From contig NW_026781889.1 of assembly GCF_031769215.1 (NCBI RefSeq), positions 1,550,001 to 1,614,000 of the forward strand: 64,000 bases of DNA. The letters are read 5' to 3'. A program made the translations under genes and the position numbers. The notes under the pieces are model-generated. The model made no database searches and had not been told where the DNA came from. It worked only from the letters and a program-made list of their open reading frames with translations. Source of the DNA: Ylistrum balloti (lineage: Eukaryota). Every line of letters starts with the position of its first letter. Positions within the stretch are counted from its first letter, which is position 1. Below, in pieces: positions 11,201-23,639 of this stretch.

Positions 11201-12515
11201 CTCTAGATCGACCGATAGAACGTCGGTCATTGACTTCAGACTGACCGATAGAACGTCAGTTATCGACTCCAGACTGACCGATAGAACGTCTGTCATCGAC
11301 TCCAGATCGACCGATAGAACGTCGGTCATCGACTCCAGACTGAACGATAGAACGTCAGTCATCGACTCCAGACTGACCGATAGAACGTCAGTCATCGACT
11401 CAAGACTGAACGATAGAACGTCAGTCATCGACTCCAGACCGACCAATAGAACGTCAGTCATCGAATCCAGACTGAGAACGTCAGTCATCGACTCCAGACC
11501 GACCGAAAGAACGTCAGTCATCGACTCCAGACTGACCGATAGAACGTCAGTCATCGACTCCAGACCGACTAAAAAACGTTGGTCATCGACTCCAGACTGA
11601 CCGATAGAACGTCAGTCATCGACTCCAGACTGACCGATAGAACGTCAGTCATCGACTCCAGACCGACTAAAAAACGTCAGTCATCGACTCCAGACTGAAC
11701 GATAGAGCGTCAGTCATCGACTCCAGATTGACAGAACGTCAGTCATCCACTCCAGACTGACAGAACGTCAGTCATCGACTCCAGACTAAGAACGTCAGTC
11801 ATCGACTCCAGACCGACAAAAAACGTTGGTCATCGACTCCAGACTGAACGATAGAACGTCAGTCATCGACTCCAGACTGACCGATAGAACGTCAGTCATC
11901 GACTCCAGAGTGACCGATAGAACGTCAGTCATCGACTCCAGATTGACCGATAGAACGTCAGTCATCGACTCCAGACTGAGAACGTCAGTTATCGACTCCA
12001 GAGTGACAGATAGAACGTCAGTCATCGACTCCAGATCGACCGACAGAACGTCAGTCATCGACTCCAGACTGACCGATAGAACGTCAGTCATCGACTCTAG
12101 ACTGACCGATAGAACGTCAGTCATCGACTCCAGACTAACCGATAGAACGTCAGTCATCGACTCCAGACTGACCGATAGAACTTCAGTCATCGACTCCAGA
12201 CTGACCGATAGAACTTAAGTCATCGAATCCAGATCGACCGAAAGAACGTCGGTCATCGACTCCAGACTGAGAACTTCAGTCATCGAATCCAGATCGACCG
12301 ATAGAAAGTCAGTCATCGACTCCAGACTGAACGATAGGACGTCAGTCATCGACTCCAGACTGAGAACGTCAGTCATCGACTCCAGACTGACCGATAGAAC
12401 GTCAGTCATCGACTCCAGACTGACCGATAGAACATTGGTCGATTCCACTACAGACCGACAGGTAGAACGTTGGTCATCGACTCCAGATCGAAATATAGAA
12501 CATCAGTCATCGATT
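11201..12515. repeat. 33-bp CpG-rich minisatellite (AGAACGTCAGTCATCGACTCCAGACTGACCGAT) with 27/29-bp deletion variants
   Basis: About 40 units read directly. Confidence 0.97.
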
Positions 12516-13329
12516 ACAGGCCAATAAAGTAGTCTAAAGAACATTAGAATCATTCGGATAACATTTTGACAAGTGGATTAAGATGTAAGTATACCGAAGA
12601 TAATATACCATATAAGGATAACTTGTCCTCACATATTATCGAAAGGGAGACACAAACATTGACAAATTAAAGAATAGTAGACTCTGTTTTAGAAAGATTC
12701 AAGTGTGGACTTGATATTGTAAAAATATTGCTCCTCTTTTAAACGCCAACATTACAACCTACACGGACTTCAAGGCTATATCTAAGTCAGTGGTTTGATT
12801 ACATAGGTAAAACAAGAACTATTATTAAAACACACATTAGAAAGTAACCGATTAAGTAAAAAATTAATATACATAGACCAAGTTGTCTATATGATGATGT
12901 TCCATTGTTTGAAAAACGCTATGAAGGACCAATAGACATTATGTTTACATCTAATTACTGGTTGATCATTGAATTTTTCATCCTTTAAATTAAGAATATT
13001 AACAGTCATAACGCACAGAATAAGTTATATATATATATTTTTTGTACATAAAAGACATCTCTTTGTGAAAGGGAGACAATTCAGTTATGGATGATAAACA
13101 CTAGATATAAATATGATTCTTACAAACAAATAGACCTTAATTATTATCTAGAGTACCCGGGAACTAGTGCCTTCTCTATTGTAGGACATGTACCTTTTCC
13201 ACAATATTCATACCTAGGGGCAAGTGCCTGTTCTACCATAACCAAGGGACACGTGCCCGTACTACCATATACCCAGGAACACATGACTTTTCTATCCTAT
13301 GCCCAATGACACGTGACTGTATGTAACAT

Positions 13330-13544
13330 GATAGCTAGAGTGTCTGCTTACTTACCTCCGATGGTGCGGGGGTCTTTTTCACAGGAATCTGAACACGGTT
13401 CGGTCTGGCTGTGTCCTTGGGCAAGTCACTTTACCTCTAATTGCTGTGGATGAAATGCTACGGTCCTCCCGTATGTTACTCAGTAAGGTAGCCTTCAAAA
13501 TGGCCATGGCTGTTCAAGGAGTGATGAACCCAACAGCCAAACAA
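13330..13544 (+). mobile_element. CORE-SINE remnant
   Basis: GTGTCCTTGGGCAAGTCACTTTACCTCT (13411-13438) matches the MIR/CORE central domain; tail GGCTGTT...AACCCAACAGCCAAACAA. Confidence 0.6.
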
Positions 13545-14044
13545 TCTACTATATTCTCCAAATTTTTTATTGAACTTGACAATACATCTCATCGATGCAA
13601 TAACAAATTACAGGACAATGTACAGCAAAAATCCAGCACAAGCTGGAAGAGAGAATCAACCATGTATTTACAAGTTCAATGCATTTTGTTATATTATAAT
13701 GTCATATTTAAAGACTGCATATCATACTAGTTAGATACACGCTCAGGATAATTTATTCACTGATGTTGCCGGATGATTATAATTTAACTGATTTATGAAC
13801 AGTTTATTATTTTCACAACAATGCGATTTGGTACAAAGAATATGAAAACTTCCCGTATATTTGTCACATAAATACCGTTTACCTGTTGTTTTGTAAAATA
13901 TCGGGGCATAGAAAGCATCTTGTATCGTTATTAGTCTATAAAATTCAGTAAAATTAACGAAAGCACGTACACAAATTTATTCTGATAATGAGCAGTGACC
14001 CGTGAATTTCAATGTGCAGTGATAAAAGCGGGAAAGTTATATAA

Positions 14045-14151
14045 ATTCAGATTCAGATTCTTTATTAGCCGCTAGCCTTACGACTCATAGGCACAAAAAA
14101 GTACATATATAATATATACATGTAGCATACTCTCAAACGCACGACCACATC
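14045..14151 (-). mobile_element. LINE/SINE 3' tail AATAAA(GAATCT)n
   Basis: Minus strand ends ...GGCTAATAAAGAATCTGAATCTGAAT; the element runs into the N gap. Confidence 0.5.
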
Positions 14152-14418
14152 NNNNNNNNNNNNNNNNNNNNNNNNNNNNNNNNNNNNNNNNNNNNNNNNN
14201 NNNNNNNNNNNNNNNNNNNNNNNNNNNNNNNNNNNNNNNNNNNNNNNNNNNNNNNNNNNNNNNNNNNNNNNNNNNNNNNNNNNNNNNNNNNNNNNNNNNN
14301 NNNNNNNNNNNNNNNNNNNNNNNNNNNNNNNNNNNNNNNNNNNNNNNNNNNNNNNNNNNNNNNNNNNNNNNNNNNNNNNNNNNNNNNNNNNNNNNNNNNN
14401 NNNNNNNNNNNNNNNNNN
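14152..14418. other. Assembly gap (267 N)
   Basis: Run of N. Confidence 1.
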
Positions 14419-14702
14419 CATAACATATACAACTCCGAGGTCTTTAGCAACGGCCCGTGCACTTTTTCCAGTCTCAAGCATCGAAAGTGCATTGTAGCGC
14501 TCTTCAAGAATTAAAGTTTTTCGTTTGCAGCTCATATTTCGAAGTGATTTGCCACAATAGTGATAATATGCCTGTATTGTGTATACCAGTGACGTAAATG
14601 AAATCAAACTCAATATAAAATGCATGATGAACGTGACTCGCAGTCAAGAAAGCTTGTCAAATGACTTGTGGTCAAAACGGCCGTTTAAACGAGGTTCGAT
14701 CG
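14419..14702 (-). mobile_element. pogo/Tigger-like DNA transposon 5' remnant (CENP-B/psq-type HTH), truncated by the gap
   Basis: MSCKRKTLILEERYNALSMLETGKSARAVAKDLGV from ATG 14535; TIR-like CGATCGAACCTCGTTTAAACGG (minus, 14702-14681) resembling CAGTCGAACCTCG-type termini. Confidence 0.65.
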
Positions 14703-14904
14703 CGAATTTTGGGACGAAAAGGATGTTATGCCATGTTAGACTGTGTATACAAATATGATCCTCGAAAAAAAGGTTGGCAGTATTAGAGATTTTGGCGTTG
14801 TTTTTTTGTAGCATAAAACAAATATTTTCCCAAATTACAGAGATCCTTGACATTATTTACACTCAAAATTTTGATTAATTTGAAAACACTTGGACGCCTG
14901 TGGT

Positions 14905-15265
14905 TAAACTTTTTTTTAATATTTTCTCCTTAATTCTTCATAAAATGGACATTTTAAAATAAAATGAAATTCATCTTCTATATCTTCTCCAATAAATCTG
15001 ATGCACAATCTATTTCTTCTTCCAATATTTCTACAATGTCCATTTTCTATATTAAGATTATGTGCGGATAGTCTAAACTTTGTAATTAAACGTGTGTATT
15101 TCGTTTCAATTGGCTTACATAAATAACATTGCAAATTAAAATTATCAGTAAGGTATTGGTATAAATATCCTTTAGAAGAGTTTATGATTCTACTTAATAT
15201 TTCTTGTTTATTTACATCTGATACCCTCTGTTTTATTTTATTATATGCAACACTAGCATATTAGA
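14905..15265 (-). mobile_element. 3' ORF2 fragment of a CR1/L2/RTEX-type LINE
   Basis: IKQRVSDVNKQE..LQCYLCKPI..KFRLSAHNLNIENG..RLC..IEDEFHFILKCPFYEELR, a typical C-terminal block of these LINEs. Clade not resolved. Confidence 0.7.
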
Positions 15266-16114
15266 GGTATCGGAAGGGGCGATTTCGTGATTTTCATGCC
15301 TAATGAAATTTAGAAATTGTTAGGAAGTTAACATGTGATAATTATACAAACTAATCTTAAAAATGTTGCAGAGGGATGACTGTCCATTCAAGTCTCACAA
15401 AGGTAAGAAACGTATCAATGAGCAATCTGATTTAGTATCTTTATATTTTTAATATATTAAGATTTATCTTCAAAATGATCCTTATATGTCTCCTTATTAT
15501 CAATTTACAAACTATATTCAAGTTCCGTGACGCCTTCCGTTACCTGACATCGTCTCATCGACGAACGTCAGTGTCCTTGCGACCTGCCTTGTCCACCTGT
15601 TGACATTCCTTTGATGTACACCTTGACACAGGGATAAAGGTGTGTTTTGGGTCTGTCGTCGTGACACAGGTGCGTTTATTTGTATTTACCTGTACACAAA
15701 TTTCACACCTATGTAATGGAGTAGATGGAGATGATTTAATTAACGAACCCGCGTAAGATGCCTCAGTCTTACTTGTGTATAGTGGAGAAAAAAATGACAT
15801 CTCGTTATTCATTTATATTTTCGAGATAATTATGGAAATATTTTATCGAAGTCCGTGACATAATTTAGCATCTTATACATAAAAACTGGTGAATAAAACC
15901 AAATGTGTATACGTAAATGTCGGTACTTTGCTTTTTATTTGAATTGCCAACCTAACATAAAGAATGCACAATTTGTCGTTACAATATATGTAAAATACGC
16001 CATACACATCTTATCATTGATTGAAAAAAAAACTGACGACCACCATCGCTGAAGTTGTTTTGTAAATATTTTGCATTGATACAATCTGTATTTATAATAT
16101 TGCAACAACGATTG

Positions 16115-16224
16115 TACAAAAGACACAGAAGTGAAAAGCACATTTTAATGACTAAGAGTTATAGATACAATAGAACCAAACAACGAATTAAACGGCATCA
16201 CAAAACTGTTTCGTCCTTCTAGGA
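16115..16224 (-). mobile_element. Penelope-LTR-like repeat, copy 1 (truncated; keeps GGACGAAAC and TGATGC)
   Basis: Aligns by eye over about 105 nt with 51290-51399. Confidence 0.6.
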
Positions 16225-16788
16225 AATTCTAACACGACGTATAACTGTTCAACGAAGTACTATCCATAGAATATTGCTTCTCCAATGGTTGAATATATAA
16301 AATGGCTGCAAAATGTGTTTTCATATAAAATAAAGAAAAATATTTTTTTAGGTTTAGAAAAATATTTATTTCCTCAGTAATTAATTTAAAGGAGACTGCC
16401 AGGGTTGAGGAGCCTTGGGATCAGTCCCTGAACAGCTGAACGCCATCACGCAGGAGGACTGTCATTCAACATACTGAAGACACGTTTAGCTATATTATGA
16501 TAAAATAAATATTCTGGTAAACCTAATATAAATAGACAGACAAACCAATAAAACTACTTACATAAACAACAAAGCTGGGTAAACAAACAAGACAAACACA
16601 CAAATAGGACAGACAAATGGACAGTGACCAGACAAGAGATAATAAACAGAGAGCCAAGACATAAGACAAACAATGTAACAAAGTACAGTGCGGTAAGAAA
16701 CATGATACTTATCAATTTTATTGGTTGTTGAGAAGGGACATAAATATTTCTGTTATTATTATTTAGTAATGATCTTTTGAAAAAAGGG

Positions 16789-19700
16789 TCAGGTGTCACA
16801 ATTAGACTTTAATAAAGCTGACCATTCTCTCCAAAGGGTTTTAAATTTCTCAGCTTCATGTTGATCTTCTGATATGCGCTTTTGTACTTTACATGTTTCC
16901 CTAGTTTCATTAAGAAGTGCTAATATAGATAGGCTGTTTTTAAGACACTTTGTTTTAAATATATAATATTTAATGATTAAACTTATCACATCGACTGTAG
17001 CCTTTGATTTATCATTGCTTAAAAATCCAAAGATGAAAGATTTCTTATCTAATACAAAGTTAGTATGAAAAATCTGAGACAATCTCTCAAAGTTGTGTAG
17101 CAATCTTCTCACTTCTTGACAATCCCACAAGATGTGTTCAATTGTTTCTCTGTCTGTTTTACATAATGAACAGAAAGAATTATCAGTTAATCCCATCTTA
17201 AATAACATTGAATTGGTTATCAAGATGTGGTGATTAATTTTATATTGAAGCCATTGAAATTTAGTATTTTAGTAACTTTGAAAGAAAGGATATAAATTTG
17301 TTTCAATGTGTCATCATTGATATTGTAGTTAATCCATTTTAATTTACCAGTTGGTATGACATTATTTTTACATAAAACATTATACACGTCTCTAGCTCCC
17401 TTCTTGCTTTTTAGAATAACTTCTAAACTTAATGGAATATATGGGTATTTTATTGATACGTGTTCATTATTTTGTTGATGTTTGTGTAGTGCTTTTGTTA
17501 TTACTGATGCTATGCCATGATATTTTAGAAAGTTGCACCTAATGTCACCATTATCACCAATTATATCATTAATAATCCTCACTTCAAAATATTCATAATT
17601 GTTAATAATGCTAGACTGAATTACTTTCAATCATGCTTTTAGTACGTCTTTCCGTAATAAATTGTTAGTTCTCTTCATATTGTCATCAATAAAACCACTT
17701 CCACAATTATCAAGTGTATTACCATTTAATTTAGCATAAAGAATATTTCTCCACTTGCCTTTTCCGAGATGTAATCTACGAATCCACAGATTTATGTGAG
17801 TTTATAAAGGAAATAATATTCATCTTTTTTAACTCTCCATCTAAATATTCCTTTATAACGATGCCTCGTTTAACCTTATCAACTTTACTATTCCATAGGA
17901 AATGGTATAATTCTGTATTAAGAGTCTTGATGAAGGTTTCATCAAGATTTGGAAGTGAGAGATAAAGATGATTTAGTTGAGAGATGACCAAAGTCTTAAT
18001 TACTGTTAGTCTTCCAATAGGAGTAAGTAGTCTTCTACTCCACATTTTAAGTACACTTTTAATTTTCACTAGTTTTTTTTTTCATAGTTTAATTTTGTTA
18101 TTTTATGCAAATCAACATCGAAATCTATCCCTAAAACTGAGAATTTGGTATTTCCCAATTGTAGTTTCCATTCAGGAACGAAAGTTTTATTACTATATTT
18201 TTTGTTTCCTATCCATATAACATGAGTTTTTGATAAGTTTATTCTTAACCCTGATAGCTTTGCAAAAAAAAAAAAAAAAAAAATCGAACTCATTCATTGT
18301 TTCTTTTAATGATATTTCTGTACCATCAAGGATTACTGTGGTATCATCTGCATACTGAGATAATAGAATTGGTTCCCCATCTATTGATACACCTTTTATT
18401 TTTCTATTATTTCTAATTCTAAGAGCCAATATTTCGGCGCATAATATGAATAAATAAGCAGAGATAGGGTTACCTTGTCGACAGCCTCGTTTCAAGTTGA
18501 AAACAGGATATAAATTACCGCCTTTATTAATTGCAAATTTAGAATTGTTGCGTAAAGTCATTATCCATTTTCTTCTGCTAGGTCCGAAATAAAAAAAAAC
18601 TTCATCAATAAATTTCCATGAAACAGAATCAAAGGCTTTCTCGAAATCTACAATAAGTAACAAGCCTGAAAGATCAAATTCTTCTGCATATTGCATCATG
18701 TCATAAATTAACCTTGTGTTTTCTCCCATGTACCTCCCACTAATAAAACCAGTTTGATCCATGTTTATTAATTTATCTAATAGTCTTGATTCTACTTGTA
18801 ATCACTCCAGATGCAATTTTATATACAGTGTTCAATAAAGAAATTGGTTGCCAGTTTTTTTAGAAATTGCCTAGGTTTATCTCCCTTTGGTAAACATGTA
18901 ATAATGCCCTGTTTCTGAGTTATTGAAAGTTCCCCAGCTGCGTATCCAAAGTTAACCGATCTTAATATAAAATAACCAATATTTTTCCAAAAGCATTTTA
19001 AAAATTCAACAGTAAATCCATGTGAACCAGGGCTTTTGTTATTTTTCATCTTCTTCAAAGTTGCAGCTACCTCATGATATTGAATAGGTCCTTCTAACAT
19101 ATTGCATTCTGTTTCATTTAATTTTGGAATATTAACATCTTTTCCAAAAATTGTGTTTAAGTCGACCTTCTCTGTATCATCATAACAATTATATAAAGAT
19201 TTATAGAAATTGATAATTTCAATTAAAATGTCATCTTGGTTTGAAATTATTACTCCATTATCTTTTTCAATTTTAGGCATGATTTTATTAGTGAAATTCC
19301 TTCTTTCTAAGTTGCAAAAATAACTTGTCGGTTTTTTCTCCATCCACTATCCATTTTGCCATTGATCTGATTATACTACTATTCAGTTTCTGTTTTCTGC
19401 TCTTTTCTAATTCAGATTTTTTTAACACTAAAAAATCTAATGGTATATTTTCCCTATTCTCTAGCTCTGCTATTTCTTCCCTTAGTTTACTTTCTGCTTG
19501 GCTTTGTTCCTTTTTTTGAAAGATGAGTATGAGATAGTTTTCCCTCTAATTTCCATGAGTAATGTTTCCAAAAAAAGCTGATCATTTATTATAAAGTTTA
19601 TATCGTTATCATGTATATCATCAAGTTTCGCAAAATTATAGACTGGTACAGCATATTGTTTTTTTACTTTGTGTATCGTTGATTTAACAAGATCTAAATA

Positions 19701-20264
19701 TTGAGTGTCTTCCAAAAGTTAAGTTATTGAATTACTAAAAACCTTTCCCTTTTTTAAAATTATTGAATTTTATCTTTATTACTGGCATTGAATGGTCAGA
19801 TCTATAACTAGGTTCTATATTTACTTTCTCTACACTGGATAATAGGTTTCCCGATATTAGAAAAAAATCTAAACGAGCCTGTTTCCTAGTGGTGTGTCTG
19901 TGTTTGGAGCATATATTGTAATAAGTGTAATATGTTTTCCATCTAGCTATATCTAATGCCAAAAAATTCCCAGAATCGTCTTTTTTTCACTTTGAAAACT
20001 TTATATTCAAAATTATTATTAAATAATATTGCAACCCCTCTTGAATTAGAAAAAAAAAGAACTAAAAAGACAATCATATCCCCATTCTGACCTTATTCTA
20101 TTTTCTATCTCATGCGTGAAATGCGTATCTTGAATACAGTAGATGTTATATCTTTTACTTCTTAAATATGAAAAAACATCTTTCCTTTTATCCTTATTTC
20201 CGAGGTCCTGACAATTAACTGAAAGTATATCAATTGTCTCCATACTCAATGACGGTAATTTCAA
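16789..20264 (-). pseudogene. LINE ORF2 (APE endonuclease, reverse transcriptase, C-terminal CCHC), disrupted
   Basis: ILSVNCQDLG..IQDTH; NSRGVAILF; ARLDFFL..SDH; KSPGSHGF; WQPISLLN; DQTGF; VDFEKAFDSV; GCRQGNPIS; SQYADD; CSLCK..ETIEHILWDC. Many frameshifts and an internal APE deletion. Confidence 0.92.
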
Positions 20265-21609
20265 ATACTGATTGCTTACTTAAGGAAAGGAACCTGATCT
20301 TGAAATTGTATAGAGAAGGTAAAAATATTACAGCACTGACAAGTGTTACAAACATAAATGACAAAAAAAGAAACAAACAGATTATAACATACAATACTAA
20401 ATAAGAATGACTCCCTCACAGTTCAGCCTGCAGCTATGCCAGAATATGACAATTATTGGTTAAACAGTGTATGTGTACTGTACAGGACCCATACACTCAA
20501 TGTGCTTGACATACCCATCAAACTAGTAAAATATCTAAATTTATGTATCATAAATAAAAGTAATGGCATATATCACACACTCTCATCAATTTGTAACCCC
20601 TATCATGCTAATCACACAAAAGACCAGGTATTAAGGTTAATTCTCACCTTTTCATACCTGTATCCTAAAGGAATGACCAATATTAGAGTTTTCTTAGTAA
20701 CAAGTATATCACTTGTCCAATGTAAAATGAAAGAAAAAAAGAGGTCTCTAGTGTTATCAGATTACAATGTTAAAATCACTAGCATGGTTTTGTTGATTTT
20801 TATTTTTTTTACAGTCAATGGTAATTATGTAGATGACTCACTGTAACTACGTAGCATGGTAAGGGTTGAAGAATGTGCAGTCCAAAAGTACACACATATA
20901 TTTACCACACGGGCACATGTCAACCCATCAACATCCCTGTCAACAGAATCACCAGCCAAAAAGGCTTCGACAGGAAAAACCTTTCCAACAGTTGGCCCTG
21001 GCCTTTTACAAACACAAACGTTAATCAACGGACACCCGCCCGGTAACTCATATCAGAAGGAACAAGTCCCAGAAGTAAAGTGCTTCCCTTTTAACTGCAT
21101 GAAAAATACACAACATACATACACACCCAATCTCTGTCACATTATGTCCACGCAAACTATTACATAGTACCAATGTTATATTAATCATGCATCAGTATAA
21201 ACCATGTCATATTTTTTGTGCGACCAAAAGACACAATTGTATTTTATACATTTTTTTCAGTCATACTTTCCAAACAGTAGTAAAGTGTGTAATTTATCAT
21301 GGTTGTATACATATTGACCTTATCATTTTGAACGTCAACTTTTCATTCTGCCATGTGGGTTACTTGGTACATATATTACATTTCTTTCACATAACATGTA
21401 TTTAAAACATGGAATCATACGTGCAACTTCTAATTCATGAAAAACATGGCATTATCAACATACCCATTTGCAAACGCAATTATATGGACACAGATATGTA
21501 TATGAAATGATTATGTTGTAGCCAACATAGCATTATATGACTGAAATTATATGCTGGAACTGTTAGGCGAATGGTATTTAGATTAATTTAAAATGTCTAT
21601 GTATATATA

Positions 21610-22515
21610 TTATGAATCTTTGGAACATAAATTTCCAACTTGCTTTGTCGCTGTTACTTTCTTCAGTTTGTCGTCAAGATTGTCATAAATGTCAAACGTG
21701 TTCCGTTCACCTTTCACAGTTTTGGCATACACTCGCGAGTTGAAGTGCCATGCAGATTCAATCCGCTCGTCTTCATACAGTCTATGAATTAGCTCAATAT
21801 TGAGTTTTGTAACATCCTCACGGAGTGTGTAAGTCAGTCTCAAGTTTTTATCTTTGCGAGCACTCATCACACGGTGTTTAATGTCATTACGAGCAAACTT
21901 TACAAGCACTGGTTTGGTCTTGTTGGGGGTTTTGCCAGGGATCCTGTGACATGCTGGTATTTCCCATGATTTGATCTCGATCTTAGCTTCCTGTTAAATC
22001 TTCTCACAGAAGGCTTTCTCTAGGTCCTTGTCTGGTATCCTATCATCCATGTTCATTACTTTAATTGATGTTTTCCCGCTGTATTGTTCATTATAATTAG
22101 CCATGGGCATGGCCTGTTCTGCAAGTTTATTTGATGTGTTCACCTTAGCAGTAGATGTCTGTATTTCTTTCACCTGTTGAACAACCATTTCTTTCAGCCT
22201 TTCATTCTCCATGTTCAGCCTATCTAACTCTTTCCGAATCTCACTAGTTTTCTCTTTTACTTTCACATGGATGTCTTTTGTAGTTGTATCACGGAAATTC
22301 TGGAGTATTCCATTAACAATATCTGTCACTATCACTTTGAGGTCCTCAGTTTTAATCATTGTTTTCATGATGGTTTCCAGCTTGTCATTGACCTCTTCCA
22401 TCTCAAGGATTTGTTCTTCACTGTCTGTACTGTTGGTAAGTACTCCAGATCTGTTAGGGGGTTACCGCTTGGTGCTAGAATCCCTGGTCATGTTGTGTTG
22501 GTTTTCCTCGCTCAT
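21610..22515 (-). pseudogene. L1-type ORF1 (coiled coil + RRM/CTD-like), 302 codons with two in-frame TAA stops
   Basis: ATG 22515 is in frame with ORFs 21994..22401 and 21610..21909; motifs NYNEQYSGKTSIKV, ACHRIPG, VLVKFA, ESAWHFNSRVY. Confidence 0.78.
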
Positions 22516-23639
22516 GGTATAGCAGGTAAAGTACACTGTCTCTATACAGGTGTTTGCTATACAGGTAGGTAATCCCTGAACACAGTTCAGCACTGCACAA
22601 TTCCACAAAGGAATTTGCACAAAAAAACACTAAATTGCAAACTATCCAGAGGGAATTATAAGTCCAATGCAAAATATGTTAGCGATGTACTGAACAACAT
22701 CATACCAAAATCAATGAAATCCGTCTGATATAAACTTATGAAAATCACCAAAATTGTCAGAGCCACAAAACTGCAGACTATTCAGGTGAGCTGCCATTCT
22801 CTGTCCAGAAAAATCATTTTTGATCAACAACGTTGAGGGTTGTGTTTTACTTCCCACGAGCTCGTATATTGACAAGTCTCTCATCAGTGCCAATTCAGAA
22901 AAGTGTATCCTATATTTGCTGTCTGTTACCATTAAGCTGTCAGTTTGGTTTCAACACGAACCTTAAATATAGATGGATAAGCAACTGCCCAGCCTCTTCC
23001 AAGTCCGTAGTTTCAAATAAACTCACTAATAATGTGATAATTCTCGTGAAAACGTCTTTCCCTTTTTTAGGAGTGTTATCTTTATACCAGAGAAAGAATA
23101 TTTAAGTTATAGACTTAGAATATTATAAGTCTGTGTCTTTGTACAATTTTGAGTGGGGTTGCTCTCTACTCGGGGACAGAGAGGAAACGGCCGATCATAG
23201 CTCTTTGTAACGCTATAGCTATAATGAAAAAAATAGTTATCTTGCCTTGCTATGTTTATAAACCATTTTTACTCGAAAATAACATAAGTAATCTTTTTCA
23301 AGACTACTTCGACAGAATCAGAGACACCTTCAACTTATACATAATAATACCGCTCTGCTTGAAGTAATAAATCCACCATTTAATACATAAGTATACTGCA
23401 TTTTTATATGATTTACACGGCATATTGGACTAGAGAACTTACGTAAGCTAATTTCTGCTATACGTGCACGATTTCTATCAGATGTTACCCTATACAATAT
23501 TTTTTTTTAATTTTAAGTGTCTTCCTTCGTTAGATAGTTATGAAATTGTAACTGAATTAATCAAACTCTTCGGAAAGAGGCCAACATCAAATTAATTTGT
23601 TCTTAGAGTTGTCTCCCATTAACTACGTTGTGCGATGGC

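Larger units (their letters stand above)
16343..22515 (-). mobile_element. L1/Tx1-clade non-LTR retrotransposon, near full length, inactivated
   Basis: ORF1-like (21610-22515) and APE-RT-CCHC ORF2 (16789-20264) fragments are collinear on the minus strand. AATAAA (16370-16365) and an A7 stretch mark a tentative 3' end. 5' end and TSD not identified. Confidence 0.88.

Noticed and set aside
11181-12448. DRTSVIDSRLT / SLESMTDVLSV ORFs on both strands
   Set aside because: The 33-bp period keeps frames open by arithmetic, and 29-bp variants break them.
14065-14625. ORFs spanning the N gap (also 28906-29154)
   Set aside because: Artefacts of N translation; only the pogo-like HTH part was kept.
16385-16455. 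HDV-like ribozyme or SECIS at the LINE 3' end
   Set aside because: ATCCCAAGGCTCCTCAACCCTGGC resembles HDV P2/P3/L3, but the P1.1 GG, P4 and P2 3' strand are missing; the SECIS-like core lacks the apical AA.
22870-22890. CTGATGA on the minus strand (also 52640-52646) as hammerhead cores
   Set aside because: No stem II followed by GAAA downstream.
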